This document shows positions 25,111 to 41,100 of a stretch of DNA of 64,000 bases, piece by piece. The stretch's first letter is position 1. The number at the start of each line of letters is the position of its first letter. The position numbers were made by a program, and so were the translations under genes. The notes beneath the pieces were generated by a model. It was not told where the DNA came from and ran no database searches. It saw only the letters and a program-made list of their open reading frames with translations. The stretch lies in contig OZ024752.1 of the NCBI GenBank assembly GCA_964016885.1, positions 8,618,001 through 8,682,000 on the forward strand. The letters are read 5' to 3'. Origin of the DNA: Eledone cirrhosa. Its lineage: Eukaryota.

Positions 25111-25194
25111 TAGTGAGAGTGAGAGATAGGGAGAGCGAGAGAGATGGAGGCAGTGACAGTGGGAGTTTTGGTCCTTTTGGGTTCGGACCTGGTG

Positions 25195-25257
<63 letters not shown>

Positions 25258-25346
25258 CAGTGACAGTGGGAGTTTGGTTCTTTTGTGTACGGACCTGATG
25301 TGCATGAGATGTTTCAACACACGATTTCATATCAAAAACCTTGCAA

Positions 25347-25395
<49 letters not shown>

Positions 25396-25418
25396 TATTT
25401 TCTACTTACATTTCAAGG

Positions 25419-25488
25419 GGTCCGTCGAGTTGGGTAAGATCGATACAGATCGAACCTTGAGCTGATCAGTGGCGAAACGCGCGTCACC
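25419..25488 (+). ncRNA. Hammerhead-like motif with non-canonical CCGUCGA core and extended stem II
   Basis: ggt-CCGTCGA-(45 nt)-GAAAC-gcgc-GTC-acc. Confidence 0.55.
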
Positions 25489-25575
25489 AACCAATACATG
25501 TAATGAAGGAGTAACCAATCGTCCTTGTTATCTTTTCACTATATATATATATATGTATTTGTGTGTGTATATATA

Positions 25576-25650
<75 letters not shown>

Positions 25651-25702
25651 CTATGTGTGTGTGTATATATACATACATACACACACACATACAACACACA
25701 CA

Positions 25703-25755
<53 letters not shown>

Positions 25756-25890
25756 TGTATATATATATATATATATACTATATATAAATCTTTCGTTAAC
25801 TACTTTTCCCATCTTGACGTTATAGTCGCATATATGTTATAGAATGCCGTTAGCTTCTTGCTAAAACAATCTCTATACCTCTCATTTATA

Positions 25891-26021
<131 letters not shown>

Positions 26022-26078
26022 TGTATATATATATATATATATATATATACTGTATATATATATATATATATATATATA

Positions 26079-26114
<36 letters not shown>

Positions 26115-26138
26115 TGTATATATATATATATATATATA

Positions 26139-26240
<102 letters not shown>

Positions 26241-26270
26241 CTGTATATATATATATATATGTGTGTGTAT

Positions 26271-26306
<36 letters not shown>

Positions 26307-26853
26307 CACACATATATATATATAATTAATTCGTTCCTGAAGGTCATTCGTCAGTCGAAATGTTTCGTAAACCGATATTCAAATTCCGCCGAGGTTAACT
26401 TTACCTTTCATCCTTACGGGATCGATAACATAAAGTACCAGTAATACACTGGGCCCGATTTAATCAACTTTCCCCCTCCCCCAAAATTGTTGGTTGTGCC
26501 TAAATCAGAAAACATTATTAGAATAAAGACTAAGGTTTATTGTATATATATATATAATTGTCGGACAACATGCTTCGTGGCATATAGTTTCGTCCCTTTA
26601 CGTTCTGAGTTCAAATCCCGTTAAGATTAGCTCCTCCTCCTCCTATCTCTCCCTCTCTCCCCCTCTGTCTCTATTACTCGCCCCTTCTCCTCACTCTCTC
26701 CCCTCCCCTCTCTCTATTTTACTCTCTCCATCTCTCTCTACCCCTCTCCCCACCTCTCTCTATTACTCTGCGCCCTCTCTCTATTACTCTGCGCCCTCCC
26801 TCTCACTCTCCCCACCTCTCCCTCTCACTCTCCCCACCTCTCTCTATGTGAAC

Positions 26854-26901
<48 letters not shown>

Positions 26902-27184
26902 CAGTTGTCCAGTCCTCTCCCCAGTCTAACACCAGACTGTCACCTGTCAACGCCATCCTCCCATCTTAATATGAAACTATTTCATAACTGGCCAACAATT
27001 TCCACATTACATACAGCTGATTGGTTGGTGTGTGTGTGTGTGTGGGTGTGGGTGTGTGTGTGTGTGTGTGTAGTTGTGTGTGTGTGTAGTTGTGTGTATG
27101 GGTGAGAGAGTGTGTGTGTGTGACTGTGTAAGTGTCAGAGTGTGTGAGTGTGTGTGAGTGTGTGTGAGTGTGTGTGAGTGTGAG

Positions 27185-27250
<66 letters not shown>

Positions 27251-27641
27251 GATCAAATAGAAGAAGAGGGGGCGGGAACCGAGGTGTGTGTGTGAAGGGA
27301 AGAGAGAGTGAGAAAGAAAGAAATATGTAGAAAAGCTAAACTGTAGCTGGCGTGGATGACACGAAGGAAGTTGATCTCTCCAGCAGAGAAGAATGTCCTC
27401 CAATGATTTCGTTTAAAGTCGTCGTCACACTCCAGTGATCAGATATGATTGTTAGACGAATCAATAACAGTTTTCACGCTTCGTCAAGCCGAGGTTGACA
27501 AACTTGTTTAGTGTGGAACACTTTGATGTAAGACAAAGGTGTGACCTGTCACCGACTAGGTGTGATTTATAGCTATCATTACAGTGATTGGTAAATAGTT
27601 CTCATCGGAGTCAACAGCAGAACCGAGACACACACACACAC

Positions 27642-27758
<117 letters not shown>

Positions 27759-27785
27759 CATACATATACTTATGTCGTACACACA

Positions 27786-27847
<62 letters not shown>

Positions 27848-27925
27848 CACATATATGTACGTATATATATATATATTATATATATATATATATATACACA
27901 TATATGTACGTATATATACGTATAC

Positions 27926-28032
<107 letters not shown>

Positions 28033-28070
28033 TATATGTATATATATATATACGTAACATATATGTGTAT

Positions 28071-28104
<34 letters not shown>

Positions 28105-28150
28105 CGTATATATATATATACACGTATATATATATATACGTACATATATA

Positions 28151-28235
<85 letters not shown>

Positions 28236-28331
28236 TTATATGTATATATATATTTATATGTTGTATACTGTGTGCATACAACTGCCACGTATTGTCCTTC
28301 TCCGACGCAACCTTTTCCCCCCTCGGAAAAC

Positions 28332-28366
28332 CCCCTGTTGATGGATGTGAAATCCGAAATATAGGG
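28332..28366 (+). ncRNA. Minimal hammerhead, A6U core (CTGTTGA)
   Basis: ccc-CTGTTGA-tggat(gtgaa)atcc-GAAA-TATA-ggg. Confidence 0.55.
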
Positions 28367-28469
28367 ACTATTAAATCACTTCCAAGGTAAACTCTATCTC
28401 GTGTCATTATTTTTACACTTTTCCTACGTTCTTTTACCCTTTCTACGTCTCTTTCTACGCTTCCTCTTA

Positions 28470-28543
<74 letters not shown>

Positions 28544-28775
28544 CTGATTCTGTTACCCGGAGATTTACCCATCTGCATTGTTGAGGCTTGCAAAACTACT
28601 ATTTTCAATATTCCACAATGCTTCAAGCAAACTTTAACACTCTCACACTATATATAAGAGCAGAATGAAGGGTTCATTCTACTGACATGGCTATAAAATT
28701 GAGGCTTGTTTGCATAATTGCAAACGAATCGAATCGAATGTTATTATTAATATTCGAAAAATTCAGATTACATTT

Positions 28776-28856
<81 letters not shown>

Positions 28857-28908
28857 TTATAATAAAATAACAGGAGGCTGGACTTGTGTAAATCTTGAAA
28901 GGTTTATT

Positions 28909-28966
28909 ATACTATGATCATTTCAATGACCGGGTTCCGTATGAATCCGGTGATATCATCAGGTAT
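28909..28966 (-). ncRNA. Canonical hammerhead ribozyme (left arm of the 28853-29250 palindrome)
   Basis: Reverse complement of 29136-29193. Confidence 0.8.
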
Positions 28967-29135
28967 TCGAAATATAATAAATGCATGTAACAGATAAAAT
29001 CCATGGGGCTGAATGAATCCGGTGATATCATCAGGTATTCGAAATATAATAAATGCATGTAACGATAAAATCCATGGGGCTGAAAATTTTCAGCCCCATG
29101 GATTTTATCTGTTACATGCATTTATTATATTTCGA

Positions 29136-29193
29136 ATACCTGATGATATCACCGGATTCATACGGAACCCGGTCATTGAAATGATCATAGTAT
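29136..29193 (+). ncRNA. Canonical hammerhead ribozyme
   Basis: atac-CTGATGA-tatcaccgg..ccggtcatt-GAAA-tgatca-TA-gtat; palindromic stem III ATGATCAT. Confidence 0.8.
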
Positions 29194-29387
29194 AATAAAC
29201 ATTTCAAGGAATTACACAAGTCCAGCCTCCTGTTATTTTATTATAATATTTAACTCCGTACTCGCACCACCAACTACATACATAAAGACGGTTGAGCTGC
29301 TTTACGTTGAGTACTCTCCATATTATTACATCAAGATTGACCATACGGAATGACCAGCTCTATCCAGTGGTGAACCTTCAAACCTAA

Positions 29388-29441
<54 letters not shown>

Positions 29442-29551
29442 TGGCGCACTGGCCAGATTGCCAGGTTGCCCAATGGCACACTAGGGTCGATTTAATCGAT
29501 TTTTCCATATATTAAATTTGTTGGCCGTGTGACTAAACCAGAAATATTATT

Positions 29552-29738
29552 GTGGATTGGCAGTATCGGTAGAGGGTCGGACGCCATGCTTTCCAGCATG
29601 GTTACGTCCCTTTACGATCTGAGTTCAAATCCCGCCGAGGTTGACTTTGCCTTTCATCCTTACGGGGTCGATAAAATAAAGTACCAGTAATGCACTGGGT
29701 AATTGCTGGCCTTGTGCCTAAAGTAGAAACAATTATTT
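29552..29738 (+). mobile_element. Full-length SINE family B
   Basis: GTGGATTGGCAGTATCGGTAGAG...GTAGAAACAATTATT. Confidence 0.85.
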
Positions 29739-29795
29739 AACATGTTCTTTATTTATTTGAGACGGTATTTTATGACTTAAAGTAGATTATATATA

Positions 29796-30055
29796 CAGTG
29801 TTGGATTGGCCAGATTGCCAGAGCCCACAGTAGCATTGCAGGGTCCACTGTAGTATTTTAGGGGCCAATGCTTTGCTTTCAAAAATTACCTGAAATCTAA
29901 GAGAAAGAATAACATTTAAACAAAAAACAATTAATCAAAGCATTTGGTCAACCAATTCCCCAGGGAATTATTAGAAACCAAAATATATGATAGTGCAAAT
30001 AGCTGGAATCACTGGTTGTACATTCTACTAAATATAAAGCTTAGTGTATTCATTC

Positions 30056-30086
<31 letters not shown>

Positions 30087-30181
30087 CTTACACACGAACT
30101 ACTGACCAAATAATATTTGGTATGAATGGGTTAAAGACATCTGTCAAATCATTTAGTGGTGAAGGTGGTGGTGTGTGTGTG

Positions 30182-30215
<34 letters not shown>

Positions 30216-30445
30216 TATATATATATTGAGTGAGTGTTAAGACCAAAGATTTCGCAAAATACATAATATTTTTTTATTGGAAAAGATATTTTTCTGCAAA
30301 AATTTGATTGCATTGTTTCGTTTCCACTGATGTATTTTAAAAAAATGTTATTTATTCATTATAAAAATTAAATGATAGCATTCTATATGTAAGTGGGCCC
30401 CCTTCATCTCCTGGCAACCAATATTTTTAGACCTAGTCCACCACT
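29796..30445. mobile_element. hAT-like MITE (CAGTG-type TIRs)
   Basis: CAGTGTTGGATTGG...CTAGTCCACCACTA; right part homologous to 31215-31425 and 43215-43415. Confidence 0.55.
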
Positions 30446-30664
30446 ATATATATATATATAATTGTTTCTACTTTTGGCACAAGGCCAGCATTACTGGTAC
30501 TTTATTTTATCGACCCCGTAAGGATGAAAGGCAAAGTTAACCTTATGTATATATATTATAACCTTATATATATAATGCCAATCATTGTAAGTTTGAATCT
30601 AATTGACATGCAAAAATATATATTTTTGCATAGAGTAAGCCCAAATCATAGTAGATTGAAATAT

Positions 30665-31421
30665 CACAGACAGAATGAGAGAGGGGGGCGGGAAGGAGAA
30701 ATGAGGTTCAACAGAAATGAAACATGGATTACAGGTTAAAATATAGTCTAGATAGATGTGAAACAAAACGAGGATGTAGAACACCCAAATGATTTAGAAG
30801 TCGACCTTAAGTAGGAGCAATAACATTAAGAAAGACATGAACGACACCACAACACTTTGTTTTGAAGGAAGGTTTATAAGTATGAATTTTCATAACATTT
30901 ATGTAGTTGTCTCTATGGCCTAGCGGTAGGTACTAGAGAGGGTGGAGATCCTGGCCTGGGGTTCAATCCTGGTCAAGAGGTACATGTAACCTTTTCCAGT
31001 TTTTTTATTTTACAACCAATAGAAAAAACTGAAAAGGTTTACCGGGGATCCTACTCCCGACCAGGATCGAACTTCAGACCAGGATCACCACCGTCTATGA
31101 TTCCTCCAACTATAAACTTACTTTCAAAATCAAAGTTAAAAAGATGTGGTGTCGTTCATGGCTTTCCTAGAACTATTAGTAATATTTGAGGTCGACTTCT
31201 GGTCATTATTGAAAGTCTCTGGATTTCGTAAAATACATAATATTTTTTATTGTAGCAGGTAAGATATTTTTCCACAAAAATTTGATTGCACTGTTTCGTT
31301 TGCACTTATGTATTTTTCGAAAATGTTATTTATTCATTATAAAAATTAAATGATAGAATTCTATATCTAGGTGGGCCCCCTTCATCTCCTGGCAACCAAT
31401 ATTTTTGGACCCAGCCCGCCA

Positions 31422-31425
<4 letters not shown>
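30665..31425. mobile_element. Composite repeat with internal inverted arms carrying two tRNA-like units; second copy at 42620-43415
   Basis: About 760 bp homologous to 42620-43415; ends CCCAGCCCGCCACTG. Confidence 0.75.
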
Positions 31426-31466
<41 letters not shown>

Positions 31467-31509
31467 GAAAAAGAACAAAGGAACTATTATGACATTATAA
31501 CAAGTTTAT

Positions 31510-31556
31510 TGCCGACAGCCGTTTCGTCCGACCATATGGTGGGACTTTTCAAGGCA
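31510..31556 (-). ncRNA. Hammerhead ribozyme, U3-A8 core variant, GUC triplet
   Basis: tgcc-TTGAAAA-gtcc.acc(atat)ggt.ggac-GAAAC-ggct-GTC-ggca. Confidence 0.75.
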
Positions 31557-31728
31557 TATAACATGTGATTGTAAGTTCATTATTTACATCAACGTTTCAC
31601 TCAAGCTTAGCAGTTTGAAATTGTGGTATACATCAGCAGCTCCGCTTGTATATTTGGGGTCTATATTCTAAGGGGGCTCTTTTATATTAGTTGTCGGAAT
31701 TGTAAATGGGATGGGTTATGGGGAGTTA

Positions 31729-31777
<49 letters not shown>

Positions 31778-31794
31778 GTTTATATATATATATA

Positions 31795-31835
<41 letters not shown>

Positions 31836-31854
31836 ATATATATATATATATATA

Positions 31855-31920
<66 letters not shown>

Positions 31921-31992
31921 TATATATATATATATATACATTAGTAATAGAACCTTTCGTCGTATTTTTGACATACTCATCTTTTCCTATTT

Positions 31993-32042
<50 letters not shown>

Positions 32043-32111
32043 AATATACACACACACACACATATATATATACATATAAATATACATACATATATATATG
32101 TATATATATAT

Positions 32112-32148
<37 letters not shown>

Positions 32149-32187
32149 AATATATACACACACACACATATATATATACACATAAAT

Positions 32188-32234
<47 letters not shown>

Positions 32235-32464
32235 GAGGTTATATTTAATTTGTTGGGATACATATATAAACATAGAGACACAAACAAAGCTATTTGTAGG
32301 ATAAGTCTATAAATTACAATACGCCACAATGTCTGCCATATTTCAATATGGAGGAGATATGTTTTAACTAATAACTCTTCTCTACAATACCTATTCTCAT
32401 ATCCTACTCTTCCTTTTTATTTCCTATAACTAATCTCTATTAAATTTATTATTTTTATATATAT

Positions 32465-32502
<38 letters not shown>

Positions 32503-32527
32503 TTCTACATATGTATGCATATATATG

Positions 32528-32561
<34 letters not shown>

Positions 32562-32603
32562 TATATATATATATATATTTCTACATATGTATGTATATAT
32601 ATG

Positions 32604-32673
<70 letters not shown>

Positions 32674-32745
32674 TATATAAGTATGTATTCACACACACAA
32701 GCACATATACATATATATATATATATTTCTACATATGTATGTATA

Positions 32746-32827
<82 letters not shown>

Positions 32828-33029
32828 AATATATATGTATGTATGAATATATATGTATGTATGCATATATATATATATATATATATATATAGATATATAT
32901 GTATGTATATGTATATATGTATGTATGAATATATATGTATGTATGCATATATATATATATATATATATATATAGATATATATGTATGTATATGTATATAT
33001 GTATGAATATATATATATATATGTATATG

Positions 33030-33061
<32 letters not shown>

Positions 33062-33077
33062 TATGTATATGTATGTA

Positions 33078-33169
<92 letters not shown>

Positions 33170-33171
33170 CT

Positions 33172-33213
<42 letters not shown>

Positions 33214-33326
33214 CACATACATATATATATATGTGAAAAAACATCCAGAGAAAGCGCGCGTAAACACACATCCACATGCACACATACATACCTACATATA
33301 CACATATTATATATATATACATATGT

Positions 33327-33393
<67 letters not shown>

Positions 33394-33519
33394 TCTGTAA
33401 ATTATTTCTGATAAGGAATATCCGCTAAACTGCGACTAAACTAGGTTTTCCTGAAGAGATCTCGTAATAAAACAGATATAAAAATATCATATTTCTGTAA
33501 ACATACGTTGGTGATGCCA

Positions 33520-34414
33520 TATATATATATATACATATATGTGTGTGTATGTTATATATATATATATACATATATGTGTGTGTATGTTATATATATATAT
33601 ATACATATATGTGTGTGTATGTTATATATATATATATACATATATGTGTGTGTATGTTATATATATATATATATATATATACATATATGTGTGTGTATGT
33701 TATATATATATATATACATATATGTGTGTGTATGTTATATATATATATATACATATATGTGTGTGTATGTTATATATATATATATACATATATGTGTGTG
33801 TATGTTATATATATATATATACATATATGTGTGTGTATGTTATATATATATATATACATATATGTGTGTGTATGTTATATATATATATATACATATATGT
33901 GTGTGTATGTTATATATATATATATACATATATGTGTGTGTATGTTATATATATATATATACATATGTGTGTGTGTATGTATATATATATATATATATAC
34001 ATATATGTGTGTGTATGTTATATATATATATATACATATATGTGTGTGTATGTTATATATATATATATACATATATGTGTGTGTATGTTATATATATATA
34101 TATACATATATGTGTGTGTATGTTATATATATATATATACATATATGTGTGTGTATGTTATATATATATATATATACATATATGTGTGTGTATGTTATAT
34201 ATATATATATATATACATATATGTGTGTGTATGTTATATATATATATATACATATATGTGTGTGTATGTTATATATATATATATACATATATGTGTGTGT
34301 ATGTTATATATATATATATACATATATGTGTGTCTATGTTATATATATATATATACATATATGTGTGTGTATGTTATATATATATATATATATATGCATA
34401 TATGTGCGTGTATG

Positions 34415-34420
<6 letters not shown>
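33520..34420. repeat. ~32-bp microsatellite-derived minisatellite (TA)n-CATATATGTGTGTGTATGT
   Basis: Direct reading. Confidence 0.9.
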
Positions 34421-34481
<61 letters not shown>

Positions 34482-34543
34482 CATATACATGCATATTTAT
34501 ATATATATGTATATATATATCTGTATATGTATATGGATGTATA

Positions 34544-34634
<91 letters not shown>

Positions 34635-34773
34635 ACATGTATATATAGATATGTATATATATGTACATATATATGTATATATATATACAGTATATGTCTA
34701 TGTATATATATATGCATGTATATATATATGTACCTATATATGTATGTATATACACACACACACACACACACAG

Positions 34774-34806
<33 letters not shown>

Positions 34807-35045
34807 AATGTTTGTATGTATACCCCTAGATATCTATCTATATAGGCATCTATTTATGTATAACATAATTCAGACAGCGGAATAGTTAAGTGTTTGCCAT
34901 AAATTACCTCCCAGTTTAAAGACTTCCAGTCTTGTGTGAGGCGAAGTAGTTTCAAGTAAGTTAAGCACTCGGTCGTAAATTCAAGTGTTTGCAAGATTAA
35001 AAGCGCAATAAAACCTGCGGGCTACAAACATAAAAATCTAAGACT

Positions 35046-35088
<43 letters not shown>

Positions 35089-35202
35089 GTATGTGTTTAT
35101 TTACATATATACATGTATATACATATATATATATATATATGTATATGTATGTATATATATATATATTGTATATATTTGTATATATATATATACATATATT
35201 TG

Positions 35203-35262
<60 letters not shown>

Positions 35263-35343
35263 TATATATATATATAATATATATCTATATATATTTCTCC
35301 CTCTACATATGTGTGTGCGTGTGCGTGTACATATATATTCATG

Positions 35344-35391
<48 letters not shown>

Positions 35392-35402
35392 TATATATAT
35401 TC

Positions 35403-35479
<77 letters not shown>

Positions 35480-35502
35480 TATATATATATATATATATAA
35501 AT

Positions 35503-35549
<47 letters not shown>

Positions 35550-35551
35550 TG

Positions 35552-35621
<70 letters not shown>

Positions 35622-35643
35622 TGTACATATATATACATATATG

Positions 35644-35682
<39 letters not shown>

Positions 35683-35796
35683 GCACACACATACATATAT
35701 ACATATATATGTACATATATCTAGAATCATTATATATATACTTCCTTTATTATAGTTTATACATATATATATATATATATAATAGTTTATATATAA

Positions 35797-35886
<90 letters not shown>

Positions 35887-35994
35887 CCATTTTCTTTGTT
35901 ATTTATCTAGTAAGAAAACTACATAGCAAGTTGACAAGCGAAGCGGCAAGCTCGTCAGATAATTCCTTGATCAGTAATAACTTCTATCGCTTCA

Positions 35995-38900
35995 CACCAC
36001 CCCCACCATCCTGCCACCCCCCTCTCATCTGTTGTATATGGTACAACCCCCCTCCTTCACACTACCCCCACTATCCTACCACCCCCTCTCATCTGTTGTA
36101 TATGGTACAACCCCCCCTCCTTCACACTACCCCCCACCATCCTGCCACCCCCTCTCATCTGTTGTATATGATACAAGCCCCCTTCACACTACCTTCTCCC
36201 CCAATACTCTCTAGTCTATGGTACAACCCCCCTACACACTACCATCTCCCCCAATACTCTCTAGTCTATGGTACAAGTCCCCTACACACTACCATCTCCT
36301 CCAATACTCTCTACTCTATGGTACAACCCCCCTACACACTACCATCTCCCCCAATACTCTCTAGTCTATGGTACAACCCCCCTACACACTACCATCTCCC
36401 CCAATACTCTCTAGTCTATGGTACAAGTCCCCTACACACTACCATCTCCTCCAATACTCTCTAGTCTATGGTACAACCCCCCTACACACTACCATCTCCC
36501 CCAATACTCTCTAGTCTATGGTACAAGTCCCCTACACACTACCATCTCCCCCAATACTCTCTAGTCTATGGTACAACCCCCCTACACACTACCATCTCCC
36601 CCAATACTCTCTAGTCTATGGTACAACCCCCCTACACACTACCATCTCCCCCAATACTCTCTAGTCTATGGTACAAGTCCCCTACACACTACCATCTCCC
36701 CCAATACTCTCTAGTCTATGGTACAAGTCCCCTACACACTACCATCTCCCCCAATACTCTCTAGTCTATGGTACAACCCCCCTACACACTACCATCTCCC
36801 CCAATACTCTCTAGTCTATGGTACAACCCCCCTACACACTACCATCTCCCCCAATACTCTCTAGTCTATGGTACAAGTCCCCTACACACTACCATCTCCC
36901 CCCAATACTCTCTAGTCTATGGTACAACCCCCCTACACACTACCATCTCCCCCAATACTCTCTAGTCTATGGTACAAGTCCCCTACACACTACCATCTCC
37001 CCCAATACTCTCTAGTCTATGGTACAACCCCCTACACACTACCATCTCCCCCAATACTCTCTAGTCTATGGTACAAGTCCCCTACACACTACCATCTCCC
37101 CAATACTCTCTAGTCTATGGTACAACTGGTACAACCCCCCTACACACTACCATCTCCTCCAATACTCTCTAGTCTATGGTACAAGTCCCCTACACACTAC
37201 CATCTCCTCCAATACTCTCTAGTCTATGGTACAACCCCCCTACACACTACCATCTCCCCCAATACTCTCTAGTCTATGGTACAAGTCCCCTACACACTAC
37301 CATCTCCTCCAATACTCTCTACTCTATGGTACAACCCCCTACACACTACCATCTCCCCCAATACTCTCTAGTCTATGGTACAACCCCCCTACACACTACC
37401 ATCTCCCCCAATACTCTCTAGTCTATGGTACAAGTCCCCTACACACTACCATCTCCTCCAATACTCTCTACTCTATGGTACAACCCCCCTACACACTACC
37501 ATCTCCCCCAATACTCTCTAGTCTATGGTACAAGTCCCCTACACACTACCATCTCCTCCAATACTCTCTACTCTATGGTACAACCCCCCTACACACTACC
37601 ATCTCCCCCAATACTCTCTAGTCTATGGTACAAGTCCCCTACACACTACCATCTCCTCCAATACTCTCTACTCTATAGTACAACCCCCCATACACACTAC
37701 CTTCTCCCCCAATACTCTCTACTCTATGGTACAACCCCCCCTACACATTACCATCCCCCTAATACTCTCTACTCTATGGTACAACCCCCCCTACACACTA
37801 CCACCCCCCAATACTCTCTAGTCTATGGTACAACCCCCCAACACATTACCTTCTCCCCCAATACTCTCTACTCTATGGTACAACCCCCCCTACCCATTAC
37901 CATCCCCCCAATACTCTCTACTCTATGGTACAACCCCCCCTACACACTACCATCCCCCAATACTCTCTAGTCTATGGTACAACCCCCTACACATTACCAT
38001 CACCCTAATACTCTCTACTCTATGGTACAACCCCCCCTACACACTACCATCTCCCCCAATACTCTCTACTCTATGGTACAACCCCCCCTACACACTACCT
38101 TCTCCCCCAATACTCTCTACTCTATGGTACAACCCCCCCTACACACTACCATCTCCTCCAATACTCTCTACTCTATGGTACAACCCCCCCTACACACTAC
38201 CTTCTCCCCCAATACTCTCTACTCTATGGTACAACCCCCCCTACACACTACCATCTCCTCCAATACTCTCTACTCTATGGTACAACCCCCCTACACACTA
38301 CCTTCTCCCCCAATACTCTCTACTCTATGGTACAACCCCCCCTACACACTACCATCCCCCCAATACTCTCTACTCTATGGTACAACCCCCCTACACACTA
38401 CCATCTCCCCCAATACTCTCTACTCTATGGTACAACCCCCCCCTACACACTACCATCCCCCCAATACTCTCTTACTCTATGGTACAACCCCCCCTACACA
38501 TTACCATCCCCCTAATACTCTCTACTCTATGGTACAACCCCCCCTACACACTACCATCTCCCCCAATACTCTCTACTCTATGGTACAACCCCCCATACAC
38601 ACTACCTTCTCCCCAATACTCTCTACTCTATGGTACAACCCCCCCTACACACTACCATCTCCCCCAATACTCTCTACTCTATGGTACAACCCCCCCTACA
38701 CACTACCATCTCCCCCAATACTCTCTACTCTATGGTACAACCCCCTCTACACACTACCATCTCCCCAATACTCTCTACTCTATGGTACAACCCCCCCTAC
38801 ACACTACCATCTCCCCCAATACTCTCTACTCTATGGTACAACCCCCCTACACACTACCATCTCCCCCAATACTCTCTACTCTATGGTACAACCCCCCCTA

Positions 38901-39448
38901 CACACTACCATCTCCCCAATACTCTCTACTCTATGGTACAACCCCCCCTACACACTACCATCTCCCCCAATACTCTCTAGTCTATGGTACAACCCCCCTA
39001 CACATTACCATCCCCCTAATACTCTCTACTCTATGGTACAACCCCCCCTACACGCTACCATCTCCCCCAATACTCTCTACTCTATGGTACAACCCCCCTA
39101 CACACTACCATCTCCCCCAATACTCTCTACTCTATGGTACAACCCCCCTACACACTACCATCTCCCCCAATACTCTCTACTCTATGGTACAACCCTCCCC
39201 ATACACACTACCATCTCCCCCAATACTCTCTACTCTATGGTACAACCTCCCCTACACACTACCATCCCCCCAATACTCACTAGTCTATGGTACAACCCCC
39301 CTACACACTACCTTCTCCCCCAATACTCTCTAGTCTATGGTACAACCCTCCTACACACTACCATCTCCCCCAATACTCTCTAGTCTATGGTACAACCCCC
39401 CCATACACACTAACCTTCTCCCCCTATACTCTCTAGTCTATGGTACAA
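35995..39448. repeat. ~50-bp satellite (CTATGGTACAACCCCCTACACACTACCATCTCCCCCAATACTCTCTAGT), about 68 units
   Basis: Direct reading; ORFs from 36032 to 39383 are repeat translations. Confidence 0.97.
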
Positions 39449-39539
39449 TGGGAACGGTCTATGTCTTGTTTGTTGTCTGATTTATATCATGCCCAAAGTA
39501 TTACCAACTGTTTCGCTGTTTTGGCTCGTCGTTATTTCA

Positions 39540-39588
<49 letters not shown>

Positions 39589-40049
39589 AGACATACACAC
39601 ACACAGGTGCCCTCCCCAGACACACACACACACACAGACAAATACAGGCACACATAGACACACACTAACACATACACTCTGACATAGCCCCCCACACACA
39701 CACGTACAAACACAGCCACACACTCCAGGTTAGATTTAGACCTTGGTGTGCCCGGGACACTTCAGGTTTGGGGTCCCCACATACACAAAACAATAGAACA
39801 CACAACAAACCCCCCAATTTTACATATGAAAGTTATCTTGGTACAAGTGGAATAGAACAGTTCTACATACAAGTATTAAATACAAACATTCTCACCATCG
39901 TAAAAGTAAAAACCCAGCTGAGGGCAGAAATAAATTGCTACGGCCGTCACTGATGGAGCTTCCCACTGCAGGGGTCCCGGGGCAATTGTTCCCTTTGCCC
40001 CCTTTGTCCCCTTTGCCCTCTTCCATTAAATCTGGCCGTGCAACCAACT

Positions 40050-40134
40050 CACACACAGATACAAACTAATACACACACACACACACACACAGATACAAAC
40101 TAATACACACACACACACACACAGATACAAACTG

Positions 40135-40179
<45 letters not shown>

Positions 40180-40480
40180 TACACACACAGATACAAACTG
40201 ATACACACACACACACACACACACACAGATATAAACTGATACGCACACACACACACAGATACAAACTGATACACACACACACACAGATACAAACTGATAC
40301 ACACACACACACACACATTATCAAACTGATACACACACACACATACACACAGATACACACACACACACACACATACACACACACATAGATACAAACTGAT
40401 ACACACACACACACACATACACACAGATACACACACACACAGATACAAACTGACACACACACACACACACACAGAGACAC
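40050..40480. repeat. (CA)n-based compound repeat with GATACAAACTGAT spacer
   Basis: Direct reading. Confidence 0.9.
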
Positions 40481-40675
40481 TCACAGGGAGAGAGAGCAAG
40501 AAATTGTATTCACTTTAATTAGTTTATTTCATTAATAGCTAACTTTGTCTGTTACAATGCAAACACGTGTTGTGTTTATCATATATTTTAATGCATTTAA
40601 CTGCTCGGAAATGCCCCGTTCTTGGAGCTGATTTATTGTAAACGACTGAGAGTTTAATCTCAAATTATAATATAG

Positions 40676-40753
<78 letters not shown>

Positions 40754-40815
40754 TGAGAACGAAAGATTGATAGATTGATAGATAGATAGATAGATAGATA
40801 GATAGAGGGAGAGGG

Positions 40816-40859
<44 letters not shown>

Positions 40860-40897
40860 AGGGGGAGATAGATAGATAGATAGAGAGAGAGAGAGGG

Positions 40898-40958
<61 letters not shown>

Positions 40959-41016
40959 AGATAGATAGATAGATAGATAGAGAGAGAGGGAGATAGATAG
41001 ATAGATAGATAGAGAG

Positions 41017-41094
<78 letters not shown>

Positions 41095-41100
<6 letters not shown>

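Noticed and set aside
26330-26385. Possible HHR CTGAAGG..GAAA..GTA
   Set aside because: Stem II and stem I pairing are poor and the core is mismatched.
33405-33475. CTGATAA and CTGAAGA core-like words
   Set aside because: No downstream GAAA/NUH in register.
35553-39383. Extensin-like Pro/Tyr-rich ORFs up to 502 aa
   Set aside because: The 50-bp unit is not a multiple of 3, frames rotate and stops recur; this is a satellite.
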